Shown one piece after another: positions 26,787-42,706 of a stretch of 64,000 nucleotides of DNA. This stretch comes from Eledone cirrhosa (Eukaryota). The stretch lies in assembly GCA_964016885.1 (NCBI GenBank), contig OZ024749.1, positions 43,276,001 to 43,340,000 of the forward strand, written 5' to 3'. The stretch's first letter is position 1; every line of letters begins with the position of its first letter. The notes below the pieces were generated by a model. That model made no database searches. It saw nothing but the letters and a program-made list of their open reading frames with translations, and was not told the DNA's origin. The position numbers and the translations under genes are program-made.

Positions 26787-27096
26787 CATACACAAAGAGA
26801 AGTGTGTTACACAGTGAGACGTGTGTAAAGAATTATTACAAGTGAGTTTTACCGTTACTGTATAGAGAGCAATATCTACAGGTTTAGCAATTAAATAGAA
26901 AGAAACTAAGTCAGAATCAAATCTCTGAATTAGAGTTTTAAATTACCAACCTTATAACTATAAGATTGCTGATACGAATCTCGCTTCGTTTCACCACTGA
27001 TATGTGCAGTATAACAGGCCACAGGATCCTCAGTCAGCAAATGTGGACACTGTCTACGACACATCTAACCTCATGGATAGAGAGATACATATATAT

Positions 27097-27772
<676 letters not shown>

Positions 27773-27991
27773 CGCGTGTGGCTGAGTGGTTACAGAATTG
27801 GATTCGCAATCGTAAGGTTGTGCGTTCGATTCCTGGATCAGGCGATGCGTTATGTCCCCTTGAGCAAGACACTTTATTTCACGTTGCTCCTTCTACCTGG
27901 AGTTGCGACCGATAGATAGTATTAGCAATTGGAAAGACCAACGGAAACATTGTTCGCTCGGTCCGATTCGACGAAAGTTGATCGTTCCTTT
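27773..27991 (+). mobile_element. tRNA-derived SINE family 2, copy 2
   Basis: B-box GTTCGATTCC. Homologous to 8356-8568. Confidence 0.85.
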
Positions 27992-28141
27992 ATATATATA
28001 TATATATATATATATATTCCCTAACGCATATATACTTAAAGAGAATCAACTTCGCGCACATTAAGACACAATATATATATTCAATCTAATTTTTACATAA
28101 ATTTTGCATTTACATATGCGTATATATATACATATAGAAAC

Positions 28142-28195
<54 letters not shown>

Positions 28196-28478
28196 TATAA
28201 GCGTGATTTTGCGTCTTGTTCTGAGTGTCTGGCTTTATACATGTTCTGAATGTTTAATTTAATTCCTTTTATGTAATCGATGTCGTGTCATTCCTTGACT
28301 CTCTTTCCTGATCTCTCTCTCTCACATTCTCTACTCCATCTCTCTGTCTCTCTTTATCATCTTCGGTCTTTCTTTTTCTCCCTCTCTCTCCCTTCCCTCC
28401 TGACTTCCACTTATTCTGCTTGTCTCTTTCGTATTTGTTTATTGTTGTAATACACTGATTTGCTTTTAATTTCATCCC

Positions 28479-28699
<221 letters not shown>

Positions 28700-28950
28700 A
28701 AGTTATAGATCACTTGAAGCATTGTGTAATGAGCTATAAACGTTTGTATATGTATAATAAAGCCAAAACAATGCTTTACTTCCCTCCGAAGAAGAGATAT
28801 TATCTCGAAAATTAAGGACACTTAAATAAATCTAAGGTAAAAGACTAATGATGAAACAATATCTTTTGCATTTGCATTCTTTATTCTATGTCCATACCTG
28901 CATTGTTTTGGCTTTATTATACATATACAAACGTTTATATATATATATAA

Positions 28951-29009
<59 letters not shown>

Positions 29010-29037
29010 AACAAAAGATGGTTAAAAGAGTTCCATG

Positions 29038-29108
29038 TATTTTATTATGCGCATTTCAAAAACAAATATCATCATGCAATAATATTTGTGTTTTCATCAG
29101 AATAAATA
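29038..29108 (-). ncRNA. Minimal type I hammerhead ribozyme, family H copy 1
   Basis: Minus strand: tatttatt-CTGATGA-AAAcACAAATATTAT tgcatg ATGATATTTGTtTTT-GAAA-TGCGCA-TA-ataaaata. Stem II pairs at 14 of 15 positions and stem III is palindromic. Stem I is partly decayed. Confidence 0.8.
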
Positions 29109-29455
29109 GGAAGACATGATATGAAGGTTAAAAAACACTTGTGGATAGTGCAGTTTTAAATCAACATATGAGAAGTAGTTTTAGATTGATGTGTGATATT
29201 GGGAAAAAAATATTTTTTGAGGGGGGGGGGGTGAAAAAGAGGAGGAGATGAGAGTAAAAAGTGGAGAAGGAGGAGTATAATGAGGAAGGATGAGATAGGA
29301 GGAGAGATGGGTGATAGAGAGAGAGAGAGATAGCTTTTATAGCTGAGAGAAATATATTGTTTTACATAGAGAGGTTGAAAAACCGTTGGAAGATAATATA
29401 TAAATTAAAAGAATTTGAAAATTAACGAAGAGAAAAATAATGTAAAGTCACCTCC

Positions 29456-29511
<56 letters not shown>

Positions 29512-29552
29512 CAGTATATATATATACTGTATATAGTATATATATATATATT

Positions 29553-29741
29553 CAATAAAAGTCCGTTATAACGAAATTCACGGGGTGTAAAATTAATTTA
29601 TCGTAACGAAAAATTATTTATAGATCAAAAATTAACTATAGATCGATCTAACATATTGAACGTGTCGCCAGGGATTGAAAACAATTTCGTTATACTGAAA
29701 AATTCGTTATGACAGTCATCGTTATAACAGAATTTTACCTG
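29553..29741. mobile_element. Tigger/pogo-like MITE, copy 2
   Basis: CAATAAAAGTCCGTTATAACGA...TCGTTATAACAGAATTTTACCTG|TA, imperfect terminal inverted repeats. Confidence 0.7.
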
Positions 29742-30130
29742 TATATGTATATATATGCATATATATATATATATACAGAGAGAGAGAGACGAGTGTATGT
29801 GTGTGTGGTGTGTCCGGGGTAACCACAAATAAAAAAAGGTCCTCAATACATTGTTAGACTATAGGCATCTATATAATACATACAGAATACAGAAATGACT
29901 CTCACAGGTCCAGAACTGTTTCATATATCAGCAGGGGCTTCCATTAACAACACCACAATCATTACTCCCACCAACCACCAAAGCCATAATCAATATGACT
30001 CAACAACGACGTCACCACCACCACCACCACCACTACCACCACCACCACCACCACCACCACCTCCACCATCATCATCATTATTTTTATTATTCTTTAAGTA
30101 ATTGTTAAATCCATATTCCAGCTGCAATCA

Positions 30131-30196
<66 letters not shown>

Positions 30197-30518
30197 TAAA
30201 CATAGTTAATTTATTTAATTGTTTCATTTGAATGCTCTGAAAATGTAGAGAAATGTGTTTGTCTTTCTCAGAAATATTTATGTAGTAGATGCGAATATTT
30301 CTTCACTTCTGCTATTTCTACCTCAATACTCTTACCTTGATGATGGCTGCCGAGTAGTATGCTTTGTGCTATTCGTCCAGATTTTAGTTTAAATTCCACA
30401 AAGATCAACCATACCTTTTATCCTCACAATATTGATAGATAAAGTAACATTCCACTAACTCGTGTCGATTCTTGCTATATTCTCTTTCTTTCTCCCTTGT
30501 CTATAAATCGGTCGGTCG

Positions 30519-30600
<82 letters not shown>

Positions 30601-31094
30601 ATGTCTATCTCTCTTTCTCTCTCTCTATCTATCAATATCTCTCATTCTTTCTCTCTCTCTATCTATCTATCTATCTATCTATCTATCGACCTATCTATCT
30701 ATCTGTCTATCTATCTATATATGCAGCAAAAACGTAGTGATTTCCAGAGATTGACTGAGATGGGACTGTCAATCTTTCCGTTGTTTCTTACAATCTCTTT
30801 ATCCTATGAGCCCTCCATTTTGAATATATATATATATATAAGGTCCTAGGGTCAACGTCATTGACTTTGCCCTACACCCAGAATTTTAACCTGGTACTTT
30901 TTGTAGTGTTTGTTTTGCTGTTTATTTTGTTATATAATGAGTCATATCTGTAGGTGAGGTAGACTATAATTATCAGAAATATTTCTTTATATTAATGTAT
31001 TTAAGCAATTTTTAGTTCGGCACAGATACCTTTCTGTTATTTGAAATGTTGGTGGCTTAACACTAGATATATGTTGAGTAAACATTAGACAATT

Positions 31095-31127
31095 AATACT
31101 ACTGCAACAGCGACGACGACGACGACT

Positions 31128-31162
<35 letters not shown>

Positions 31163-31357
31163 AACAACTACTACTACTACTACTACGGCTACTACTACTA
31201 CTACTGCTACGATTGCTACTACTAATACTACTATTACAACTATTACTACTACCACGAAAAATAATAATAAATATTATTATGATACAAGAAGAAGAAGAAG
31301 AAGAAGAAGAAGAAGAAGAAGAAGAAGAAGAAGAAGAAGAAGAAGAAGAAGAAGAAG

Positions 31358-31391
<34 letters not shown>

Positions 31392-31395
31392 GCAA
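31095..31395. repeat. Compound (CGA)/(CAACGA)/(CTA)/(GAA)/(CAA) microsatellite
   Basis: Seen directly. Confidence 0.95.
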
Positions 31396-31793
31396 CTAAA
31401 ATAATTGTCTATGGGTCTTAACACTATAATGATAATCACATCTATAGACGAATCGATATTTTTTATTGCAGAGAAAGAAGAGAAAAGAACTATAATGAGA
31501 AGGCTTAGAAAGTCGAAAGTACATTCACTAAAATTAGAAAGTAGTTGCTTATGTTTAGTAGATAAAAGTTCTCTATCGAAATAGCGCAACAGTTAGCGGT
31601 CTGTGGTTGTAAAGACATAAAGACATTTGCAAAGGCCCATTTACGTGTTTTCTATGACGTATATTCTGAAGTAATTTAAAAGAATCTATAAGGAGTAGTA
31701 AAAATAGATATAGTAGATAGAGAAATACTGATTCAGAGGGTTATATATATATATATAATTAGTCAATCTATATAGCACTGAAAGATGTATATA

Positions 31794-31884
<91 letters not shown>

Positions 31885-31887
31885 GTT

Positions 31888-31960
<73 letters not shown>

Positions 31961-31961
31961 T

Positions 31962-32114
<153 letters not shown>

Positions 32115-32279
32115 CGTATATTATTGGAAGGATTATTATTTGAGGGACACCTAACCTTAAACCGTTTCGAGATTAAATGGGAACATATTTAATACTTATA
32201 TATATCTATCTATACATACATATACATATACATATACATACATATCATCTATATATATATACATATATATATATACATA

Positions 32280-32349
<70 letters not shown>

Positions 32350-32590
32350 CATATATACATATACATATATACATACACACACACATACATATATGCATAT
32401 ATATATATAATCAATACGACTCCTTTAAAAGATATGCGCAATGTAGTCAGAACGAATCTGAAAGCCTAGGATACGTCTGTTTGTTCAGTTCAGATCAGGC
32501 TATAAATATATGGAGACCTCTAATAATAGAGTACTTAATGAACATTTGGTTTCACAATTTATACATATATATGGAGATAAATATCATTTA

Positions 32591-32682
<92 letters not shown>

Positions 32683-33001
32683 CACTTATAGATATATATG
32701 TATTTATATATATGTATATATATGATAAATATTATTGAATATATATATATGTATATATATATATGTGTATATATATTTATATATAAATATATTATATATA
32801 TATATATAAATATATATATGTATATATTTAATAAATTTATCATATATATATATACATATATATTTTCAATAATATTTATGATATATATATAATATATGTA
32901 TATATAATAAATACATATATATATCTATATAAGTGTGTGTACATCTAAGTGTATATACAAATATATATAATATACATACACTAGAACGCACACCCACATA
33001 A

Positions 33002-33091
<90 letters not shown>

Positions 33092-33471
33092 ATATGTGTG
33101 CGTATGTAATTCACAACGACCATCTTATAATCTCAACTAACGCTCACCACATCCTTTAGATAATCATACATCTACGCTCAAGCGACTTTCACCCAGCTTC
33201 CAGACACTACATAATGGTTGTCTGTTGCTACGTCTTTAATTATCTGTCTATTGATTAGAAAATCCATCAAATTAAATAATCTATATGTAGTTCGATTGAA
33301 CCACTCGTCATACTAGATTGAATCCTCAGTCTCTCCGTACATAGAGTGGGCAGAGCTTTATTTTATATATATTTTATTTTGTGGGGAGGTTGTAGTTATA
33401 TTTATGTATGGATATATATATATATTATATATATATATAAATATATATATATTTATATATATAAATATATA

Positions 33472-33503
<32 letters not shown>

Positions 33504-33528
33504 ATATATAATATATCTATATCTATCC

Positions 33529-33612
<84 letters not shown>

Positions 33613-33621
33613 ATATATATA

Positions 33622-33655
<34 letters not shown>

Positions 33656-33682
33656 TATATAATATATATTATATATATATTA

Positions 33683-33781
<99 letters not shown>

Positions 33782-33831
33782 CATGTATAAATATATATAT
33801 ATAAATATATATATACATATAATATATAACA

Positions 33832-33898
<67 letters not shown>

Positions 33899-34026
33899 GA
33901 TATATGTGTATATACACACATATTGGTGTCTATCGATTAGCTGAAATAGTATAACTTTAGTTATGTATATATACGTGTGTGTTCGACTATGTGTGTCTAC
34001 ATATAAACACATATACATATATGTAC

Positions 34027-34285
<259 letters not shown>

Positions 34286-34503
34286 TACCATGTACGTCAA
34301 TACTCATCTTTTTCATATTTCTCCGAGGGTTCTTAACCCCACTATCAGGCTAAATAATTTCTTTAATTTCTTTAGTCAAAATACGGCGATAGCTTACATT
34401 TCTAATAATTTCAAACCCACTCGCTGTTTCGAGAATATTCTTACTTGATATGTATATATATATATATATACTTATATATATCTCTATATATATATTTTTT
34501 TAT

Positions 34504-34674
34504 TTTTTTTATTTTATAGAAGGAGCTTCTACAGGACTAGTACTGTTTCATTCATCTGAATGAAATAGTACTAGTCCTGTAGAAGCTCCTTCTATAAAAT
34601 AAAAAAATTTTACTCTGCCATGTATTGAGTACCTTACTTACCGTGGTTATCCCCGACTCAACCCGGGACCTACG
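34504..34674 (+). mobile_element. TA-embedded fold-back element with hammerhead 3' half
   Basis: About 51-bp arms at 34504-34554 and 34557-34607 containing GAAA(C/T)AGTACTAGTC. The tail carries GTATTGAGTAC, as in family A. Confidence 0.8.
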
Positions 34675-34841
34675 TATATATATATATATATATATATGCA
34701 TATACACATACATATATATATATATATTTACACACATATATATATATATATGTGTGTGTGTAAATATATATATATATGTATGTGTATATGTATATATATA
34801 TATATATATACATATACACATACATATATATATATATATTT

Positions 34842-34888
<47 letters not shown>

Positions 34889-35413
34889 TATAAATATATA
34901 TATATATAATAATGAATGCGATTCTTGTGTTTTGGTGCCTGTGACACAAACATGACCGACAGTGTGTGTACATCGATCCTATTGTATTCTAATATATACT
35001 TTTGTTGACCTAACCCTTAAGAATGAACTGATGTAGAGCGAATATTTCATCAGTTCATCTAAAACATTGTTAGGTACATTATACCCTTTAATTATGTATT
35101 TTGTATCTATTTCTGTTAAATAATTTCAAACCTCTGCATCGGCAACTCTGTTGATATCGACGTATCTGAAGTATATTATATCATTTTATATTGATATCAT
35201 TATTCTATGTAATATTACTCATAACCCCATATATATACATATATATATTCAAATATATATATATACATATATCATTACCACTAAAGAGGTGCGACTAGCC
35301 ATTGATTACAGAATCGGTCTAGATCGATACAGATCGAATCTTCAGCTGATCGGTGGAGAAACGCGCGTCACCAACCAATAAACGTAATGAAGGAGTAACC
35401 ACTCGTCCTTGAT

Positions 35414-35482
<69 letters not shown>

Positions 35483-35530
35483 GAGAGAGAGAGAGAGAGA
35501 GATGCGCGCGCACATCTACTCAAAGACAAG

Positions 35531-35636
<106 letters not shown>

Positions 35637-36085
35637 TATGTGTGTCTGTGTATGTAATTATAATCATATATAGTAGAACAATACACTGTTAACAGAAAAT
35701 AATTGGGTGTTATGTGGCTTTAGTTACCATCATTCGATTTCATCGGAAACAAACACAAATATTTTATTTGAAAACATATAAACCAAAGAAACCAACTGAC
35801 AATGATGTCGACAATGGGTGCAAAAGCAATCACATATCGAACACATATATGATATATTGGAAAACTAAAGAAATATTAAAAACTGAAATATATATTAATA
35901 GAAATAGAAGTAAATAAATGAATACACAAATATGAAAACAAGCAGTAAACCTATTTGAGATGAAGGATGGATGATAGAAGAACGAATTGATAAATATTTC
36001 ATGAGTCACAAACGTGTTATATCTTGACATTTGGGAGAGTAAATCACAAAAAATGTTTTTGTAAAAATAAAGAGTAATAGTCTAA

Positions 36086-36628
36086 ATTGGCAGTATCGGT
36101 AGAAGGTCGGACGCCATGCTTTGACGCATAGAGTTACGGCTCTTGCCATTCTGAGTTCAAATCCCGCCGAGGTTATCTTTGCCTTTCATCCTTACGGGGT
36201 CTATAAAATAAGGTACCAGTAATGCACTGGGTATTTGCTGGCCTTGTGCCAAAAAGTAGAAACAATTATAATATTCTTACTATACACTAACTAAACTATT
36301 GTTTAAATGTATTATATTTTTTTTCAGTTATTATTATAACAATACGCGGTCGATAAAATAAAGTACCAGTAATACACTGGGGTCGATTTAATCGACTTTC
36401 CCCTCCCCCCAAATTGTTGGCCTTGTGTCTATATAAGTAACAAGTGGATTGGCAGTATCAGTAGAGGGTCGGACGCCATGCTTTGCAGCACAGTTACGTC
36501 CCTTTACGGACTGAGTTCAAATCCCGCCGAGGTTAACTTTGCCTTTCATCCTTATGGGGTCGATAAAATAAAGTACCAGTAATACACTGGGATAATTGCT
36601 GGCCTTGAGCCAAAAAGTAGAAACAATT
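36086..36628 (+). mobile_element. Cluster of three SINE family 1 copies (36086-36267, partial long form 36347-36441, 36444-36628)
   Basis: Family matches. Confidence 0.88.
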
Positions 36629-37679
36629 ATTATAATAATATGTTTTATAGTTCGAATTACAATAATTGTAATACTATATTACAAGGATCTGCAATCGGTT
36701 GATCGCTGCAAAGAAGTGTTTTACTGAGGAGGAATAATCTCGAAGCCTCAAGTCTTTTCAAAATATTCATGTGGGCTAATGCCAAATCTAGAAAAAAATC
36801 AAAATGTTGTTAACACTTGTATAGATATGTAATGAAGCTGTGAATTGTCAAAACTATCCTCCTATTTGTCTAGCCCATATTGAAGTGTGATCGAGAAGAG
36901 GGAACATTTCCTTTTTATATGCCCAGTATTCTATTGGCAAAATCGTGATACTGATTTCAATGTGGATATATATAAAATATTATAAAATGTGATCTGTAAA
37001 AAAGATATTTTGGGGTGAACAAATATAAAACGTTACAGTTTTGTAGGAATAATACTAAACTATAATGGGAATGAATGCCAGTGGAATGATACAGTCAAAA
37101 CCACAGTAAATGATATATAGACAGATGCAAAGTGCTATGACAGATGGCAAGGTATATGGATCGCTGTGAAGATAGATAAGTAGGGGCGATATGAATGTAA
37201 ACGAAAAATTTAAAATTACCTTAAAATGAAAAGTATAACTTAACTTTTATATGTTTCCTTAATGCAACATTATATAGAAATATATGGCTTGTCTAAGAAA
37301 AAAAGATCATATGATATAGAAAAATTTATTGTGAAATAGGGTAAGAACATTCAATGGAATAAGGTTATATCTATCTTCGTTTCTCATTTCAAATATGCAG
37401 TAAAAGAAGATTTGTTCACTGAACTCCAATATATTTTTTAAAAATTGTAAGTCTACAAATATATCTATTGAAATTATTTTAAGAGCCAAGGCAAACTATG
37501 CAGAATTAATAGGCAATAAAGGCAGTCAACGATTTTTTAGGGTGATATTTTTTAATAAAAATATATGAATATTTCCCATAAGTTATAACATTAAAACAAA
37601 ATGAAGAATATGAAGAAATGTCATCCATTCTAAGATAGCAAACATTTAAATGTGTATACAGAAAGGAAATAAATTCAAG

Positions 37680-37865
37680 CATCGGATAATATGCTTTGTG
37701 GCATAGAGTTACAGCGTATTACGTTGTGAGTTCAAATCCAGCTGAGGTTAGCTTTGCCTTACATCCTTACGGTGTCGATTAAATATAGAACTGGGGTCGA
37801 TTGAATCGAATTTCCCCCTTCCTATCAATTTACTGGGCTTATTGTAGAAAAATGTAGAAAACATT
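37680..37865 (+). mobile_element. SINE family 1, older diverged long form
   Basis: GAGTTCAAATCCAGCTGAGGTTAGCTTTGCCTTACATCCTTACGGTGTCGAT. Confidence 0.8.
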
Positions 37866-38655
37866 ATTACATTTTTTCCGTGTATATATATTGCGTAATC
37901 GCATATTACTTTACGAAATTGTAATACGTTCTGGTAAATGTTTTGTTTATCGCCGCTTTTTATTGAAAGTTTCTGTCCTTCGCATCATATATTCTGTTTT
38001 TATAAAGTCCTGATTTTGCCCTCATCATAGACTGAAATGTTACATTTACGATGTTGTTTAGTAAGATTTACTAATACGACCTTTGTGTTTTTTCATTTTT
38101 TTATATATAATCTGTTTGTCTCACTTTCAATATCCGGACTGTGGATCCGATGTATTTAACAAACATTCGAATACGGTATGTATTTTAATTTCGATATCTA
38201 GAAAGTCGTACCAATAACATTTAGAAAGAGATAAAGCAAACCATAGAGAGCCACGCAACACAAAACGAATCCACTATTTATAAAACAACTATCGTGAAAC
38301 GATACAAGAAAATTATTTGCATTTTGTTTGCAGTAGCATCAAGCACGAGCTGCGCTAAAAAGAATTAAGTTTCAATGAACGTTATACTCTGTTGCATATA
38401 TTGATGTATTACGTATAAAATTCTTATAGATTAACATTTGAATATACATATATATATATATGCATGTGTACGTGTGTGTGTACGTACAACATACACAGCA
38501 ATGTGATGTAGCAACATAGTGTCTATATGGATGATTTGATATATATATATATGTCTCTGTGAGTATGGGTGTGTGTGTACAGAAGATAGATGATGCGATA
38601 TATAGATGGATAGATAGCTAAATAGACATATAGTTATAAATACGAGGGAATGACC

Positions 38656-38757
<102 letters not shown>

Positions 38758-39513
38758 AGGATAGAAGGAGACAGAGATAGAGAGTGAGGTGAGTAGAAAA
38801 CGAGACACTGTGTAATTCAATTTAACAGAATCAGACATTTTATCGTGACAGACATTTTCAATTTTCCCCTCCTTGATGTGAATATATCGAACGTTTCAAA
38901 GTTTAAACCACCAGACGATAGATAACTGCACATAGGAAAACAGTTCAATAATGTATTTAGACATTGAGTAATATTTCGACCAAACGTTATACAATAATAA
39001 CTAACTGATTCGATTAGATTTCTTTAGAGATGTGACCATCTACTGCTCTGGAAGATTGCTGGAAAACTTTTCAGGCTATTTAAACTAATTATTAAAACTT
39101 TAAACTGTACAAAGCCATCATGTAAAATTTATTCGTTCGCCTTTTGTAAACAAACGAAATTTGTCTAGTTTGTAACCAGTTTTGCCAGTTCTGCTCTTAC
39201 AAAATTTTTATTAATATAAATGTTTAGATATAATGAAATAATCCCTCTGTTAGTATCCTGTGCCAATGTATATGTGAGTATATCGCTGAAGAGATCGTAG
39301 CTTTCAGGTCAGTTTGTATTAAATGATATTCATACACAAATGGAGGCTAAACATTAAAAATAAGTGTGTTCATTATATATACATATATACTAATTTAAAT
39401 GCTTTATGGTATATCTGTCGGGTTGGTGAATTTACTTCATAAAACTCCTGAGAGATATAACTAGACATATAGAGAGATAAGATAGATAGCTAGGTAGATA
39501 TGTTGGTAGGTAT

Positions 39514-39581
<68 letters not shown>

Positions 39582-39615
39582 GTAGGAAGATAGAAAGATA
39601 GATACGATAGATAAG

Positions 39616-39857
39616 TTTCTATTTATTAGCCACGGGGGCACAAAAGAAGGGGACAAATACAAATGGGGAGTTTACATACAGGTATATGAAAATAAAACTA
39701 TTAATACAATAACAAATAACAATTGAAATCCCCAATAGGGGGGTAGGTGTTACACAGGGGTTGTACACACGAAGGAAAAAATGTACAACCCTCATCATCC
39801 AGGAGCACCAAGAGTGAGTACTCCCTTCCTCTCTTCCTCTTTTTCCTCAACCTACAG
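39616..39857 (-). mobile_element. Probable Tx1/L1-like 3' UTR fragment next to (ATAG)n
   Basis: Minus-strand end CCCATTTGTA...GCCCCCGTGGCTAATAAATAGAAA resembles the end of 9414-9797. Confidence 0.45.
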
Positions 39858-40241
39858 GCTTATATAGAGAGAAGGCCCAACCACTCGGATACGATAGATA
39901 GATAGATACATAGATAGATAGATATAGCAATATATATATGAAGGCATATACGATATGCTTTTCTATAAAATACATATAACAGTCTCGTTATAAATATTTT
40001 AAGGTGTGAACTTTCCAGCATATATATTATAAAGACTCGGAATCCGACGGCTGTGCTCCTGCATTCCAACAGCTAGCTCTAGACTGTTTGCCAAAAGACG
40101 CGAGTAATTTGTTTTAGACAAAAAACATTTTTGTACATGATTCACTCTCCTGTGGTGAGTTTAGAACGTTTACCAATGAGTTCGTATGTACCTTAAAGTA
40201 TCAGAATCTACCTGATGAATGTTGTCGACACACACCCTAAT

Positions 40242-40615
40242 AATTGTTTCTATTTTAGGCACAAGGCCAGCAATTAACCAGTGCATTACTGGTACTTTAT
40301 TTTATCGACCCCGTAAGGATGAAAGGCAAAGTTAACCTCGGCGGGATTTGAACTCAGATCGTAAAGGGACGTAACTGTGCTGCAAAGCATGGCGTCCGAT
40401 CCTCTACTGATACTGCCAATCACAAAATAATTGTTTCTACTTTAGGCACAAGGCCAGCAATTACCCAGTGCATTACTGGTACTTTATTTTATCGACCCCG
40501 TAAGGATGAAAGGCAAAGTTAACCTCAGCGGGATTTGAACTCAGATCGTAAAGGGACGTAACTATGCTGGAAAGCATGGCGTCCGACCCTCTACTGATAC
40601 TGCCAATCCACCGCC
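40242..40615 (-). mobile_element. Head-to-tail SINE family 1 dimer inside one TSD
   Basis: Copies at 40242-40421 and 40429-40615. 17-bp TSD ACACACA(C/A)CCTAATAAT at 40228-40244 and 40619-40635. Confidence 0.9.
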
Positions 40616-40911
40616 CTTACACACAACCTAATAATGATACAAATATCCAGGTACCAAAATTACTAAGTTATCACAGGTAATATTCTACTGTTGATTTTAA
40701 CATATATGTTATTTACATATTAATTTGGCATTGATGCTTTCTTTAATTTGTTCAGGACAACTAATTTCATTAGTGTGCGCACATTAATTTCACAATCTCA
40801 GATCGCAATGTCTGCGTACATTTTACAGACGTTTTAACGAGAATATTCCACCAGCGTTCCTTCATTTCATGGCTGAGTGTTCATTCCACATTACTGTACA
40901 TACACGCAGGC

Positions 40912-40960
<49 letters not shown>

Positions 40961-41323
40961 TATACATATATTTACATATAGACACACACACAAATGATAA
41001 ATGATAGGTAGCAAGTTATGTGGATGGATATAGAGATAGATATATGGAATTTACATGAATATAGGAATATAAATGTGAAAAATATTTAAATTCTGCTGCA
41101 GAATGAAATAAAATATATATGTTGATTTTATATTTTAACTGAATGCAACATTATATTAAAATATATGTCGTGAATGTGCAATCCGATCATATGCCGCGTA
41201 GAAAAATCTATTGTTAAATAGAGTAAGAAAATGCAATGCAATAAATGTTTATCTCTGCTCGTTTTCCATTTCAAATGTGAATATATATGTATAAATTTAC
41301 ATACATACTTACACACACCTGCA

Positions 41324-41392
<69 letters not shown>

Positions 41393-41515
41393 TCATATAT
41401 ACATACGTATATATACATATATACATATATGTGTTCATATACATCGATACATATATACAAATATATATGCGTATTCATACATATATATATATACAGATAT
41501 ATAAGCATATATATT

Positions 41516-41621
<106 letters not shown>

Positions 41622-42251
41622 TGAACATATATATATACATATATGTACATATTCATATACATATAGATATATATATACATATACATATGTAACATATATA
41701 TATTGTATATATATATATATACATATATCTACATATACATATATACATTTACATAAATATATGTGTGCATCTGTGTGTTCACTGAACTCCAAAATATTCA
41801 ATAAAAAATCTGTATGTCTACTAATGTATCAGTTGAAATCATTTTATAAGGCAACGTAAACAATACATATTTAATAGGCTATATAATCTGTCAAAGAGTT
41901 CTTAAAACCGTATTTTGACATTAAAGAACAAATTCAACCTTTGCCACACATTATAGCTTGAAATATACCTAGTGCTTAAAGAAAAGTTATCGTTATAGGA
42001 TAACTTTGCTTTTAATGCATATTCAAAATTTTGTGTTAAATATTATATTTAAATTCTTCCATTAAATCATAAATATCGTATGTTTTTTTTTTTATTTCAT
42101 ATTTGTATATATTTAAGGAAAAATGAAAACAAAGCTGCACTATATTTTGATCTGATGTTGTTGCAACATATCTGGTCTGAGTTTGTTATGGCACAAATAT
42201 TAGAAGATTGAGGTGGCCATTTTGTAGTTTTCGTCTAAAAGAAAAAAAATC

Positions 42252-42399
42252 TTAACATGAAAGAATCAAATTCCCATTGACACTGCGTCCGTCTCTCTTG
42301 CTCTCCTCATCCCTCACTATATCAAGAAAATATAGTGAAGGATGAGGAGAGCGAGAGAGATGGAGGCAGTGGCAATGGGAATTTGATTCTTTTATGTTA
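42252..42399. repeat. About 70-bp-arm inverted repeat (hairpin)
   Basis: TAACATGAAAGAATCAAATTCCCATTG...CACTATAT, loop CAAGAAA, ATATAGTG...CAATGGGAATTTGATTCTTTTATGTTA. About 6 differences between arms. Confidence 0.9.
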
Positions 42400-42706
42400 G
42401 GAATTTATTGGCTCCGGCGGACAGAATAGAGAAGTGTTTTCCCAGAGGATAGTAAGGGAGTCGCGTTGGAAGAGCCATTCTAGCTCGCGAGGCTCACACG
42501 TATGGGTAGCCAATTTAGTGTCGATGTGGGTGAGCATGGGAGGTGATCCTCGGGACAAGGACACCAGAAATCTCCACTGATACGGACTCAACCGCAAACC
42601 TGTCGGAGAACGATCGATATTTGGAGAGTTTAACCTCCACGTCCCGAAGGGCAGCAAAGCCAGGATTATTCGCAGACTGCATCAGTTTTTCGCTACTATG
42701 GAGCAG
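42397..42706 (-). pseudogene. Frameshifted CRE-like non-LTR retrotransposon RLE C-terminal fragment
   Basis: Minus strand SANNPGFAALRDVEVKLSKYRSFSDRFAVESVSVEISGVL, then after a frameshift HIDTKLATHTCEPRELEWLFQRDSLTILWEN. This resembles the CRE-type K..KY...P.A.ET.G...LFQR.S..I.RGN ending. Confidence 0.7.

Noticed and set aside
35022-35058. 11-bp hairpin containing CTGATGA on the minus strand
   Set aside because: No GAAA box or stems in hammerhead order.
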